From: Leptogorgia sarmentosa
Lineage: Eukaryota
Reading direction: 5' to 3'
NCBI GenBank assembly: GCA_964658305.1
Contig: OZ210885.1
Coordinates: 17,608,001-17,672,000 of the forward strand
DNA: 64,000 nucleotides
The notes below the pieces were generated by a model. The model worked only from the letters and a program-made list of their open reading frames with translations. It was not told the origin of the DNA and ran no database searches. The position numbers were made by a program, and so were the translations under genes. Numbering within the stretch: the stretch's first letter is position 1; every line of letters begins with the position of its first letter. Below are positions 1-12,220 of the stretch, one piece after another.

Positions 1-258
1 ATGGCGTAATAAACTAAACTTATTGTACCGAAACGACTACCGGATTGAATTAAATTTACTAAATAAAGTGCCACATAACACTTGTCTGCTGGAAAATACT
101 CAACATCATTAAATTTTGTAGACCATGTTTTCCACTTTTGGAAATGATACGCACAACACTTGGAGGTCGACTCGGCTGTTGAACTAGCTAATACACTCGC
201 CACCTTAGGCAGCATCGATACCAGACGAGGATCTTTGATCCATGAAGTTCGACCTGTA
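1..258 (-). pseudogene. N-terminal part of DIRS tyrosine recombinase (continues off left edge)
   Basis: Hand translation of minus strand: ..KDPRLVSMLPKVASVLASSTAESTSKCCAYHFQKWKTWSTKFNDVEYFPADKCYVALYLVNLIQSGSRFGTISLVYYA. This resembles the core-binding region of DIRS recombinases and lies downstream of the RT/RH/MT ORF. Confidence 0.7.
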
Positions 259-542
259 TGGACGAAAAAACGAACTATAATAAATTAAAGTGAATGCAAA
301 ATGACTGCCTATCTTAACAATGATGTACTGTGATGCAATGGCAGTGATATGACTCAATTCTGGCAGAAATCTGGTGTTAATGTTTGTGAAAACTCACACG
401 TAATTGACACACGAGTGTGGAAACTCATTTGCTATGAAGCATTTGCCATGAAGCGTACGCAGGATAACCTGACTTATAGTCGCGGATAGTAATGCAGATG
501 ACTGCACGTATCTGAGACGTCACCACTGGATAACGATATAAG

Positions 543-3500
543 TAGGCTATGAAGCATCGAGCAAAATTATCAGCACAGGGGAGGTAAAACAACCGTGTGA
601 AAATATCGTATTGACATTTTGAGGGGGTGAGCCGAAAATGTGACTGGAATTGACGTATCTCAGAACGGACTTAACACATGGCCGTTGGTTACTGAAAGGG
701 ATTATAATATAAGTGGGGTAAAATCTGCAACGTGATTGGCTAATGAGCGTGCATTATAACGGTGTAATGCACGCATCTAGCTATTAAATTTCTCCCGCGA
801 CTCTTTGGTTTGACAAAAAAACAATAAAAATACATCCGTAGAAAACACTTGAATTGTTTGCTTTTGCTCAGCTAAAGGAATAAAGCTATGTTGCTGCTTG
901 GCAACATTTGAGAACATGCTTGATTACATGTAAAGAGAATTGTAATTTTGATCTTCCTAACGAAGTTTTTTGTTGCGCTAATATTCTCTTATATTATAAA
1001 AGAAATAGAAAATCTCGTCGCGTGCCATTATGCTGTTATAATTGCACTCGGGCAATATTGTGAGAATACTCGAGAATCGCGTAAAACAAGAGGTGTAGCC
1101 GAGTGTTTTACGCGATTCTCTCATATTCTCCCAACATTTCACTCGTGCATTATAACAGCATAATGGCATGCGACTCGTTATCTATTTCTTAAAAAATAGG
1201 GGCCAAAAGGCTGCCAACTTCCACTCAGGAACGACCAAAATGCCGCGAGCTTTACAGTTTTCTAAATAAAATATTGTGCGGCTAATAAGATGAAATGGAG
1301 GAACTAGCCAATTGTTATCTTGGGACCAATCAAAATTAAACGCGTCAACTCCGCAACTTCCAGGGCACCAGAATTTTGAATAGTATTTTTTGCATTTTCT
1401 GGTGTGACTAGAAGCGAAACAATCGGCTGTAAAGCCTCCGTATAGGTAGTTGATGTTTTGGAAGAATTCTGATGTAACCTGCCAGTCGTCATAATCGACA
1501 ACTCTGCTTACAGTGTCTGCTAATTGATTCAACTCTCGAGGAATCCATTCGACTTGTAGAGTAATGTGATTTTGAAAACAGAAACTAAAAATATCTAAAA
1601 CAATCTGATGGAGACAAATAGAGGTGCTACCTTTGTCGCATATAATAGCTATGTTTCGGTTGTCTGTGAAAATTTTAACGATACCGTCTTTTACATACTT
1701 TTTAAAAGACCTAAGACTGTATAAAACAGCGAGAAGCTCCCGGGCTTCATCCAAATCGATTTCTAGGGATGAGAATGCTTTATAATAAAGGTCAAATTCG
1801 TTGCTATCAATGCGATGTGCGTGACCTCCACATGCGTAGGCACTAGCGTCAGAATGAATTACCATGGTAGGAATTTTTTTATTCAAAATGTACGGTTGTT
1901 CAAAGATGCGAAATTTACTCGCCAAAATTTAATTTCTGTTAAACATTGCTCATAATACTGATATTCTCTCAAATCTATTAGAACTCCCAATGATCAGACA
2001 GTGTCACTACCGTCTGCAAAAATCTGGACATCAGTAAAGCAACATTGCCTACGACAGGCAACATGGAAATGATTTTACCTACAATCGAAGCCGTTGAACG
2101 AGGTGTAATAAAGTGCAGTATTAAAATCATTGACCCGGGAATCCGAAATTGCTATCGCACCTTCGCGAACTATCCGGAAGCCCCTAGATCTCCAATGTCT
2201 AACCAAAGGTTTGAATAATTTTGTAAATAAATACGGGGCCGAGGAAAGACCGAAAGGAAGAACAGTGAAACAAAAATACCTGGGCTTTGCGGAATTAAAT
2301 GCCCATTGAAAACCTAGAAATTGTTCGTGTTCGGAACAGATATCAATGTGATGGTAGCCAGATTTCATATCGAACTTAAAGCCGAAGCCATTCTTAATGA
2401 AGTAACTCGCGAACGTCTTCCAGTCTTCGATGCGAAACCTGAGTTTCGGTATGCATTTGTTGACATGCCTTAAGTCCAAAATAAGCCTAGGCAATTGTTT
2501 TGAATTGAAAGCGACGGATAGGGGATTAACAATGGTTGGGGGTCGACGTAATTCGACAATTAAGCCCAATCTAAGTAGATCCGAAATAGCTTGCGAGACA
2601 AAAGAACTATTTTGGAGGGCTGACCTATTGTTGCAGAGATGAATTCTTGTCGGAAACTTACTAAAGGGAATCACGTAACCATGTCTAATGGTACTTAAAA
2701 CCCAGTCGGGTGCGTGAATGTTTTCCCAAAACTGCATGTGTGCTTTTAAACGACCTTTAACAATGGGTGTGGCATTACCATATTTGTATTCATGCAGATT
2801 ATCAACATACAGATCAAACAATTCGACAAGAGACGACTTTGAATAATACTTATCTTTAAGGGCTTCAACAAGCACCTCTTCGATAGAACTGCTGTGGGCT
2901 TTAACACGCGAAGCGGAGGGCGAACCTTCTTGATTCCCAGTAAGGCTGAAACGTACGTCACTTGCTAATGCTGTAAAATACGTTTTATCTTGCTGGATTG
3001 GGTGGTGTAGCGGTTGTAGGGTTATTAAGGTAGACGTTGCTTCGAGCCATTATAACGGGGCATTCACGCCATCAGTGACCGTATGCGCCGTAGAATCGAT
3101 ATGCCCCTCGCTGTGTTCGTGCGTTTCCTGGGTAGGTGCTAGAGGAAGGGTTGCTGTAGACATTTCTCTCGGAGAAACTCTGGATGCGATTGTAGGGGGA
3201 CGAAGAGTGTGCATGACCGTGTGTTTCATTTGGGTTAGAAAAGCCATACTGTCTTTTCGCTCGGAGGGTTTTTGCTTTCTCACGAACAGCCTCCCTTTCG
3301 GCTTGTCTGATTTGCTTGTCGTCTTCTTGGTTCAAAGCGATAGCTGATGTCTCGTAATGCTTCACTGTCAACCAGTCTCCTTCAGACGTGTCTGCTATTC
3401 TAATCTTTCGGTTTCTGTCGTCTATTAAACCTACGGCTTCGCTAAGAACCTCTTTGACTTTGTCAACTTCTGCGCTTTCAAGCAATTCTGTAGCTTTAAC

Positions 3501-3728
3501 CAAGTGTTCTCGAACCGTGTTGTTAAACTTAAAATTTCTTTCGTTCCCGGGATGATTGAATTTGATGTCCGAATTGGATTTGAGTTGTTTGGTGAGAGCT
3601 AGTGCACTTTCGGCTTTGGAAGTAGTCCCAGTAACCTGATCAGCAAGTTGTTCCTTATGATCGGTTAGCTCTTTTAGAAGAAACGTGCGAAATTCGTCAA
3701 GATCAGCTTTGGTTACGGAATCCTCCAT
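543..3728 (-). mobile_element. Decayed DIRS/PAT-type retrotransposon: gag-like ORF (3072-3728), RT (2075-2875), RNase H + DNA N6-adenine methyltransferase (1182-1925, tail 543-700)
   Basis: RT motifs RLILDLR, FDMKSGYHH, LPFGLSSAP (the YxDD segment is deleted after RGFRIV). RNase H motifs SDAS, ELLAV, TDN, NQLAD. MT motifs DCFAS, VDAFNFDW, WLVPP. Frameshifts present. Confidence 0.9.
701..1190 (-). mobile_element. Non-autonomous hairpin-plus-tail element (possibly Crypton-like) inserted in the DIRS MT ORF
   Basis: Imperfect ~190-bp palindrome at 1000-1190 (AAGAAATAGA...TCTATTTCTT). The MT frame stops at WPLFF and resumes at 700 (IPFSNQRPCVKSVLRY..LDAS*). Confidence 0.65.
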
Positions 3729-3861
3729 AAAGTAGACCTAGTGGCTGAGTGGCGTCAAGTGCCTTGACAAACTATGCAAATGCCTAAATACCGGTGCTGA
3801 ACCAATAAGGATCCTGTGTGGGCGGGAACAAGCATATAACAGCTAATTGAAATACAAGTGG

Positions 3862-3885
3862 TTGCGTTTTTTTATACACCCTGTA
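3862..3885. repeat. Orphan right TIR of a Tc1/mariner (maT-like) element plus TA
   Basis: TTGCGTTTTTTTATACACCCTG-TA is the reverse complement of the left TIR at 43631. Confidence 0.7.
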
Positions 3886-3984
3886 TGTGTGAAATGTACC
3901 ACAATTGCAATGTCTATTATAAAAAAATGGTTCAAATATAGGGTTAACTGTATTAGAAAAAAATATATTGTATTTAATTTAGAT

Positions 3985-4331
3985 ACAGTGCATACAAGGC
4001 AAGAAGGCAGTTAACAGCCATAGACTGGAACTACCACATCAATCTTCCCAATGCCAAAACAAGGGGTGGTAGTGATATTGTCACCAGGAAGTACAATCCC
4101 AGCACCCGACAATGGGATATCAAAGTGGTTAAGGTTGAAAAGGCATATGACTACATCCCAGTACTAATTGCAAACATTTTAAAAAGAAGACTGGGTGATG
4201 ATGATCAAGGTGTTACAAGAGCCATTGATTTGAATGCAAGTGACCCTGCTCTAATTTCCCCAACTATTGCCCATCTACCACCACCACCTACAAAGGAAAT
4301 TGTTGATAGAAGAAGCAGATTCACGAAATGA
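3985..4331 (+). pseudogene. C-terminal fragment of a Kolobok-like transposase
   Basis: AIDWNYH...KVEKAYDY...PPPPTKEIVDRRSRF ending. It is convergent with a KolX-like fragment. Confidence 0.5.
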
Positions 4332-4452
4332 GTAGCAGATAGCAGTCCATTGCCTTTTAATAATGTACATATATCAACTTTTAGTTTTATTGTAAAAACA
4401 ATTATACCACCAGCACATGCTATAAAATGAAGTTGTATATTTGTACAAAACA

Positions 4453-4640
4453 TCAATGTTCTCTATACCCCATATAAATCCCATTTACAGATGGAAAATT
4501 TTCCCTTATTTTTAAAACAACACATCATGGGCAGACATGTCTATTCCCCTTACCCAAATGGCCATGGCGTGCAAGAATGAACTGTCTGTAGGCAGCTTTT
4601 CGGATTGTCCTCATGGTCATTTCTTATGTCGGCTCTATTC
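4453..4640 (-). pseudogene. KolX / P2X7 C-terminal (ballast)-like domain fragment
   Basis: Hand translation: RKAAYRQFILARHGHLGKGNRHVCP*CVVLKIRENFPSVNGIYMGYREH*. Confidence 0.65.
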
Positions 4641-4659
4641 CTTATGCACAACTCCAGAA

Positions 4660-6871
4660 CAATTTCACGATACATGGTACTACAATACACTGTATGTACG
4701 TTATTCGGCTATCAGCCATGATTTTGTTCTATAGTCTGTGCCCTACAATTTCACCATACATGGTACTACAATACACCGTACGTACATTATACGGCTATCA
4801 GCCATGATATTGTTCTATGGTTTATACCCTACATGGTACTACCGTATGTACGTTATACGGCTATCACCCATGGTATTGTTGTATGGTTTATACCCTACAA
4901 TTTCACCATACATGGTACTTCAATACACCGTACGTACGTTTTTCGGCTATCAGCCATGATATTCTTCTACACTGCGACTCACGATATTAGTCATAATGCT
5001 AGCTTTGAAAAATTTGTCTTAAATTTCGGCATATTGTAGTGGAAAGTATAATAAGGTGACTCAAAAGTGTAACCAATACCATACAGAAAGTGAAAAATGT
5101 GACACATTCAAGCAATGCACAAAAATTTCTTTATTATAACTGTTCTCTGTTTTTGCCTGAACCACAGTAATAGTTTCGATTTCGAAAAACAATAAATTTG
5201 CTAACAAAAACGTAGTTATCACTCAAACATGGTAGATACTCTAATAGTGACACATTCCTAACACGAAACATTGTCATTCGGTCAACTGCACTCAACAAAA
5301 CGTCACATTTGAGCCAATGAGAGCGGGTTATCTTAGTTATCTACTGACGTGGGATCCATTGAGTCTGATAATGTCAAACAGTCTTTCATTCACGGAATCT
5401 GTAAGTTTTCTTATCAGAGAACTTGGTATGGAAGCTGCCGCCTGTTTTATCGCTTTCCACAAGGCGTCTTTAGAAGTATACTGTTTACCATCAGCATAAA
5501 CTCTCCGCTTCATAATAGACCACAAATTCTCTATCGGGTTTAGGTCGGGTGAATTTGGAGGCCAAATCATCAACCTTTGGTTGTTAAAACCCAAAGACTC
5601 TAAATATTCAGTTGTTGCTTTCGCAGAATGGGAAGGAGCGTTGTCATCATGTAAATTATCTTTCTCAATAGTGACAATGGGATCTCTTCCAACCATGGTT
5701 CAAGGACCCTCTTTAAAAACTGGCAGTAAGTATGAGATGTTATTTTAACACCCTCTGGTACACGAACAGGACCAAGAATTTCATCCCCAACGATACCAGC
5801 CCATATCATGACACCCCCTCCTCCCTGTTGACGTCTCATTCTTATTGGACACTGATCACCATGGAGGACCCATTCTTTTCGACCAACCATCAGGGCCGTT
5901 TAAAGTTGCTCTTGACTCGTCTGTAAACAATACACATTTCATGTCTGTTTTCATACAGTTTTTAGCCCAATTCAACCGCAATTTTTTGTGCCTTTCCGTT
6001 AGTGGAGGCCTTTTCAGTGAAGATTTGTTCTCAGCCATCTTTGCCAAAATTCTGTTTCGTGTACTTTTGGAAATGTTTGGTAGACCTGCTTCTTTAAATA
6101 TTGTTGCACTTGTTGCTCCTGGATTTTTTCGCAGATTTCGTTTCAAACAACTTAAATCTCGCTTTGAAACAGACTTCATAGATCCGCAATCAGCCCGGGT
6201 CTTCCTTCTCCTCAAAGGATCATTTATAAATCTCTTTACTGTTACTACATGACGCTTGATTCGCTTTGCAATATTTTCAAATGTACTTAATTTTGCTAGT
6301 TTTGTTATAATAATTTTTCTTTCAGAGTCAGTAAGATCTTTGCCTCGTCCCATCTTCAGAATAGACTAGTAAAAGTAATAAAGTGGGCTACCCTTTATAT
6401 ACAAAACCTCCCTATTTACCGAATCACGTGACGTACATAAATGTAAACATTGGGACTATGTTTCCACTATGCCTTTTCAATGTTTCCCACTTCATGGAAA
6501 TAATACACTTTACTTCCGTAAATTTTTAGAAATATTTGCATTGTAACTAATATCGTGAGTCGCAGTGTATAGTCTGCCCTACAATTTCACCATACATTGT
6601 ACTACCATACACCATACGTATGTTATGCGGCTATCAGCCATGATATTGTTCTATTGTTTATACCCCACAATTTCACCATACATGGTACTACAATACACTG
6701 TACGTACGTTATACGGCTATCAGCCATGATATTGTTCTATGGTTTATACCCTACAATTCCACCATACATGGTACTACCATACACCATCGTACGTACCTTA
6801 TACGGCTATCAGCCATGATATTGTTCTATGGTTTATACCTTACAATTTCACCATACATGGTACTACAATAC
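4660..6871. repeat. ~85-bp tandem satellite (4660-4969 and 6568-6871), split by a Tc1 insertion
   Basis: Unit CCCTACAATTTCACCATACATGGTACTACAATACACCGTACGTACGTTATACGGCTATCAGCCATGATATTGTTCTATGGTTTATA, about 3.5 copies on each side. Confidence 0.9.
4970..6567 (-). mobile_element. Tc1 (DD34E-type) DNA transposon, full length, transposase frameshifted (5337-6353)
   Basis: TIRs CACTGCGACTCACGATATTAGT / ACTAATATCGTGAGTCGCAGTG, flanked by TA on both sides. Motifs MGRGKDL, FTDESR, DDNAPSH, NSPDLNPIENLW. Confidence 0.95.
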
Positions 6872-7857
6872 CGAAACCTTGTTTAGTTTCCTCACAAGTT
6901 CTCCAACTTCAAACTTCGCTCTCTTGTTGAAGTATTTCAAACGTAAATAAACAATTGTTGATTCCAAGACAAATAACACACCTCGAATTTAAGCGATTAT
7001 TCATTGCTGATGTGATGCCTAATATAGATCAGTCTTGAATATCCACAAATACAGATCAGTGTCAAAGCAATATCCAAATAATATATGACCAAGTCTGCTC
7101 GAACTATTTACCTTTATCAACCTTATATTTCTTAAATACTTCAACTATTCTCAATGCTCGTAATGATATGCGAACAACAAATTAAGGACAAACAAAGGTA
7201 TTATCAAGCATAATGGCATAGATTATGCGCATGAATGGGTAACAAAGCTATAAAAGGTGGAAAACGCCATAAACTCGGCTCTTGTTCAGTTACACCGTTG
7301 AGAAGCAAGTGGCGATCTTCTGTTGGAAGGGAACACGACTCACCCGAATTCTATCATGGCCGAAGAACACGTTCAGTTCCCCGAGGAACCTCTTCAAGAA
7401 CCGATGGACGCTCACGTCGGACAAGCCGACCCCGCGCCGCCAGTGGCAAATCCAAACGCCCAGTGCCAAACGACAATGAGTTGGAGGAACTGCAATATTT
7501 AAAGTAATTACAATCCTTATTCCCTCTTGTCATTTCAGACATTTGTGATTTTACTGCCTCACATCGGTTCCCGGCTGAGCAGTCGTTACGCTCGTCAATT
7601 TTCTCGTTCGCTGGATTGTCGATCTGCTGATCACGGTTCTACCGGCAGGTTTTCATGCTGTTCATTGTATTTGTCTTGGACAATTTCGTTGTTTCAGCAT
7701 GGCATGTCCCGCTGATTCGGGTGAAGTTCTGCATGATTACATTGCGATTAGTTGCTTTTGTGCTCACTCATGCAGTGTTGGTGATTTGCTTGTCAGGCCG
7801 AGAAAACATGATGTCTATGCATGATTAGTCGTTATGAACGCGCCTACCTTGTGTGAT

Positions 7858-8410
7858 ATGGGCGAGATTTCGCCAGTGGTGAGGTCACCGTTCTTAATAT
7901 CGGCGGGCTTTCGTCAGAGATGAGATTACAGTGGTTACTGTGGGCGAGATTTCGCCAGAGATGACGTGCTGTAGCTAAATTCACCGGAATTTGGCCCGAG
8001 CTGATACCGTCGTTCACTATGCGCGAGATTTCGCGAGCGACAAGTTAGATGTTATATGGGTGAGATTTCGCCAGACAGCAATTACAGTGGTTGACGTGGG
8101 CGAGGTTTTGCCAGCCACAAGTTTACAGTCGTCAATTATAGGGTCTAGATTTCGCGAGCGACGAGTTTATAGATGCCATAGGGGCGAGATTTCGCCACAC
8201 AGCGATTACAGTGGTTGATGTGGGCGAGGTTTCGCCAGGCACGAGTTTGCCGCCGTCAATCGGCACGAGATTTCGCGAGTGACCAGCTTATAGATGCTGT
8301 GGGGGTGAGATTTCGCCACACAGCAATTCCAGTGGTTGATGTGGCGAGGTTTCGTCAGGGACGAGTTTATAGAGGTTATATGGGCGAGCGTTCGCCAGAG
8401 CGACATTGCG
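7858..8410. repeat. Degenerate ~39-bp minisatellite with near-palindromic core GGCGAGATTTCGCC and ~120-bp higher-order period
   Basis: About 14 core variants. The intervening segments recur (ATTACAGTGGTTGA, TTTATAGATG). Confidence 0.8.
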
Positions 8411-9024
8411 GTGGTTCCTTCTACACAGGAACCTGAAGGTGGGGTCCACTCGGTCTTTTCCTGCGGGTCCGGGGATATGAGCGCTTTGAAACAGGGTATC
8501 TCAGCAAGCCCTCCCTGCGTTCGTGGGGTCTTGGCGATCATGTCCTTGCCGACCTTTTCGGGGTCAGATCTAGGGACTTCGTTTGTTTGTTGTAGGGACG
8601 GGTAACTACCGCTACCGTAAGTGTCCGATTTGAAGAACAACTCGAGGAATCGGTGGCGCAGATGCCTGTCATGCAATGGGTTAATTCTTCCGGCAACCCC
8701 GTGTTGGTCGGTAAGGATATGACGCCCAAGCAGGATCTTGTTGCACACGTTTCCCAGGTAGAAAAAGGCCTGGCGTTGGGAGATGTCAATACTCTGACCT
8801 TAGGGGATCCCCGGACGTTCCATGTGGGGGAACTGCATAATCATGTCCAATCGTGGACGGCGATGGCCTCGTGCAATCCTTTTCCCAATCATGTGGAAGT
8901 TTTAACTTGGATTGAACATAGGGTCTCGGTTTTCCCCTATTTTCAGCATTTTAAAGGAACCTACCAACAAACGTCGTATGACTCTGACCGCTCAGCGTTC
9001 AGGAGGAAATTTAGTTTGGGGGGT

Positions 9025-9160
9025 TACGGAATGAGTATTGGGTTAAGGAATGAATATTGGGTTAAGGAATGAGTATTGGGTTAAGGAATGAGGATTGGGT
9101 TAAGGAATGAGGATTGGGTTTAGGAATGAGGATTGGGTTAAGGAATGAGTATTGGGTGAA
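9025..9160. repeat. 20-bp G-rich tandem repeat GGAATGAG(T/G)ATTGGGTTAA, ~6.5 copies
   Basis: Read directly from sequence. Confidence 0.9.
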
Positions 9161-9644
9161 TGAGAGTGTATGTTGGGGTTGGTTCGATAGGTAGTTGGGA
9201 GGAGGATGGGCGTATAGACAAAAAGGATATGGTTGGACGCTGGCACTGATCAACATTGCCATACCTTAAATAAACTGAGCATGAAGTCGAGCATTGAGAA
9301 ATAGTATACTATTCTCAATGCTCGTAATGATATGCGAACAACAAATTAAGGACAAACAAAGGTATTATCAAGCATAATGGCATAGATTATGCGCATGAAT
9401 GGGTAACAAAGCTATAAAAGGTGGAAAACGCCATAAACTCGGCTCTTGTTCAGTTACACCGTTGAGAAGCAAGTGGCGAGCGACCCACCCACCCCAGAAT
9501 TCGGGTGAGTCGTGCGCCGCAACTCCACGCCAAGCTTTCAGCTTGGCGTGGGGTGCTGATCAACATTGCCATACCTTAAATAAACAGAGCATGAAGTCGA
9601 GCATTGAGAAATAGTATACTATTTCGCATCCACATATAACCACG

Positions 9645-9860
9645 GGGTAGTCAGAAACTGTAAGTTGCAGCCTGTGGTCCTTTGGACGTCAGCAAAACGC
9701 ACATGAATCAATCAAATATAAATCAATATATTCAACATGGTTTCTAAACAATCATTTACAAACATAGATATTTACCCACACAAATACGATTACAAACAAT
9801 GAAACAACACAAGACAAATACTTGACTGTTAGTCCTTCCGGCTACCACACACTACAACCT
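9645..9860 (-). mobile_element. Relic BEL/Pao 5' LTR and leader related to the element at 54.6-59.1 kb
   Basis: Shares GGTAGTCAGAAACTGT, GGTTTCTAAACAAT and AAGACAAATAC(T/C)TGACTGTTAGTCCT with 58675-58900. Confidence 0.55.
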
Positions 9861-11682
9861 TAATTAACTTGAATAAACCCTATAAATTCGAACAAACCCA
9901 ACAAGAAACAGACATGTGTTCACCATCTATCCAATCGCAGGTTTTGTCCAGCCCTAAAGGCGGGTCTAGATCCTACAGGGTGGTCATCACTGATCTCAAA
10001 AATATGATGGACTGTCATGAAGGGCGAACACCAAAGGCTTTAGAAAAGTGGAAAACAAAGACAAAGACTATTGCTGCAAGACTATAAAAGACTCTTTGAG
10101 AAGACATCATCCTTGCTTTATTGCTTTTGTTTGCTCTCCTGCTCAATGCTAAATGCTCATAATCTTGCTGTGAGAAGTCAGCTTTGTTGTCTATAGGCCA
10201 TGGGATGAGCGGGCAAAAGATGCTTAGAAAAACGAATTCCGTTGCAACCCTCGTGGAACTACATAATTTTCACATGAATGAATAGATAAAAACTTACGTT
10301 ATCAAAATCTGTTGCTCCCCAAACAAATCAGTTGCACAATTGGGAGAAAAATGCTCCCAAAGTTTGCTAATTCCGCGCTTTGAAATATTCGAACCGCCAT
10401 TGTTTTGATAGCAAATACGCAGGCGCACAAGACAAATGGGTTTCCCCTGTGGGTTTTCCCTTATTTTTTTCCACTGAGCTGTTATATTATCTTAGTACAT
10501 CGCAGTGGTTTTCCCCGATTTTACAATTAAAAGAAGCAAAAATTGAATTGAATTTTAACATTTATTTTTACTTTAACTCTCTATTAATGAGCTTAAAATG
10601 AGAAATCAGTGAATTTTTGTTCTTGCATTGCACATTAATTGAATTTGTTCAGCTGAAATAACACAGAATGTGGCACTAGCGCTTGAATTCAAAAGGAAGC
10701 CTTTTTTGCGTAGACCTACTGTATATGTACAAAATCAAGGAGATTTTCAATATTTGTTCAAATGCTTTTATGCTTCCTTGCCTCCCACATCTGGAAATAC
10801 TGGCTCTTATCGCAAATAACAGAGTTTGTTTCCCGGAAAACCAAAGAAACATTTGAAAAAAACCAAACTTTCTCGACTTTCTCCAGCTGCCAATGCTGGT
10901 AAGTCTACACAATACTGTGTTATACTGAATCATTCATAAAGTACGTAAATAGATAAGATATGACAAGTGTCTTTGTGCAATAACGTTTTCAAAGGATATT
11001 CATAAAATAGAAGAAAATCTCAAAAAAAATTTCAATGATTATTGGACAACTAGGCAAGATACGTTTGGCTCTTTCAAATCATGCCTTCTATGTATCGCCT
11101 AAATATACTGGATATCATATGCATATCATTGTGGCTTGGGACAATTTTTTGCATTTGTTTCAGTCATTTTTTCCAACCATGTGTTCCAAACGATGTATTT
11201 AAGCTCTAGCAGTGATGTGAACAACCTTTAACTCTGAAAGAAACACTTCCCAGCCACAAATTCATTATAACAAATTAAATCAAAATAAATATAAATAAAT
11301 CCATAACTTCATCATTATTAATTTACTATTTAAACGTTGCTTTAGAACGTATTTTCGTCAGTGCAGTAAGATTCTACTTGTTAGTTAAAGGCCTACGCTC
11401 AATTCCTATTTTTTTATTTCAAAATAGCTTAAATATACTGGTTTTTCGTGCCGAAGTTACTTGTCTTATAGATTTGTGGCTGTATTAGCGGCAGGTGCGT
11501 TTTACCTTCGACAATGACTGCTAAACCTGCCCATGACAGGAGATCTAGATATACGTGTACATATAGATAATGCGGATCCAATTGATAAAGTATAATTATA
11601 CTGTTCTTGTTTCTATTATGTATACTCGGAAGATATGGTCTGGGCTGGCCAGGGTTTTAGGTGTATCGGTGTGAAGGGTGCT

Positions 11683-12220
11683 TAGTGGCGTAACACCACC
11701 CCTGGGGACCCACCGTTATTCGGCCACTTGCCCCCCCCCCCTTTGCTCCACTAGAAATACCAAAATAGGCTGGATTTACAACTTATGTCTACACAATCGC
11801 AATCTCCACTTACATATTAATAGCTATAGAATAAGGTCTATTACATTGTTAAGATTATGCTTCCGAAGGATCCTGAACACAAATAATATTTGAATTTTAT
11901 TAATTTATTGGAAATATACTAAAATCCCCATTCGTACAGCTTCGTCAATTTGGACTGTGAAAACCCTATGCAAAGTTCGGATTCGCGCATCTTTGCACGT
12001 TTTTGTTTGACTTTGCATGCCAGCATGGTTTTTTCGTGAAATTATAACATAGTAACATTAATGAGCAACTCAACAACAGCTGGCTTCCAATCTGCCTGTT
12101 TTTCGTAATTGAATTCCTTAGAATTGTGCTGTCAAATTTTTTATAGTAATTTTTGTCTGGGGCCCTTAAAGCTGGGGGCCCCGTCACTTGACACCCTGAC
12201 ACCCCTCTGTTATGCCACTG
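11683..12220. mobile_element. hAT MITE
   Basis: TAGTGGCGTAAC...GTTATGCCACTG with 8-bp TSD AGGGTGCT (11675-11682, 12221-12228). Confidence 0.9.

Larger units (their letters stand above)
7144..9623 (+). mobile_element. Internally deleted Ngaro/PAT-type YR retrotransposon with split direct repeats
   Basis: A1 7144-7315 = A2 9308-9479 (172 bp). B1 9246-9313 ~ B2 9556-9623. Order is A1..B1A2..B2. Pol N-terminal remnant at 8653-8990. Confidence 0.8.

Noticed and set aside
1182..1925. Bacterial restriction-modification or retron-like RT+methylase system
   Set aside because: RT-RNase H-MT followed by a tyrosine recombinase is the standard DIRS layout.
4613..5039. Small repeated ORFs (also 6597-6930)
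   Set aside because: Translations of the satellite.
7858..8410. CRISPR array
   Set aside because: Spacers are homologous and periodic, repeats are degenerate, there are no cas genes and the context is eukaryotic.
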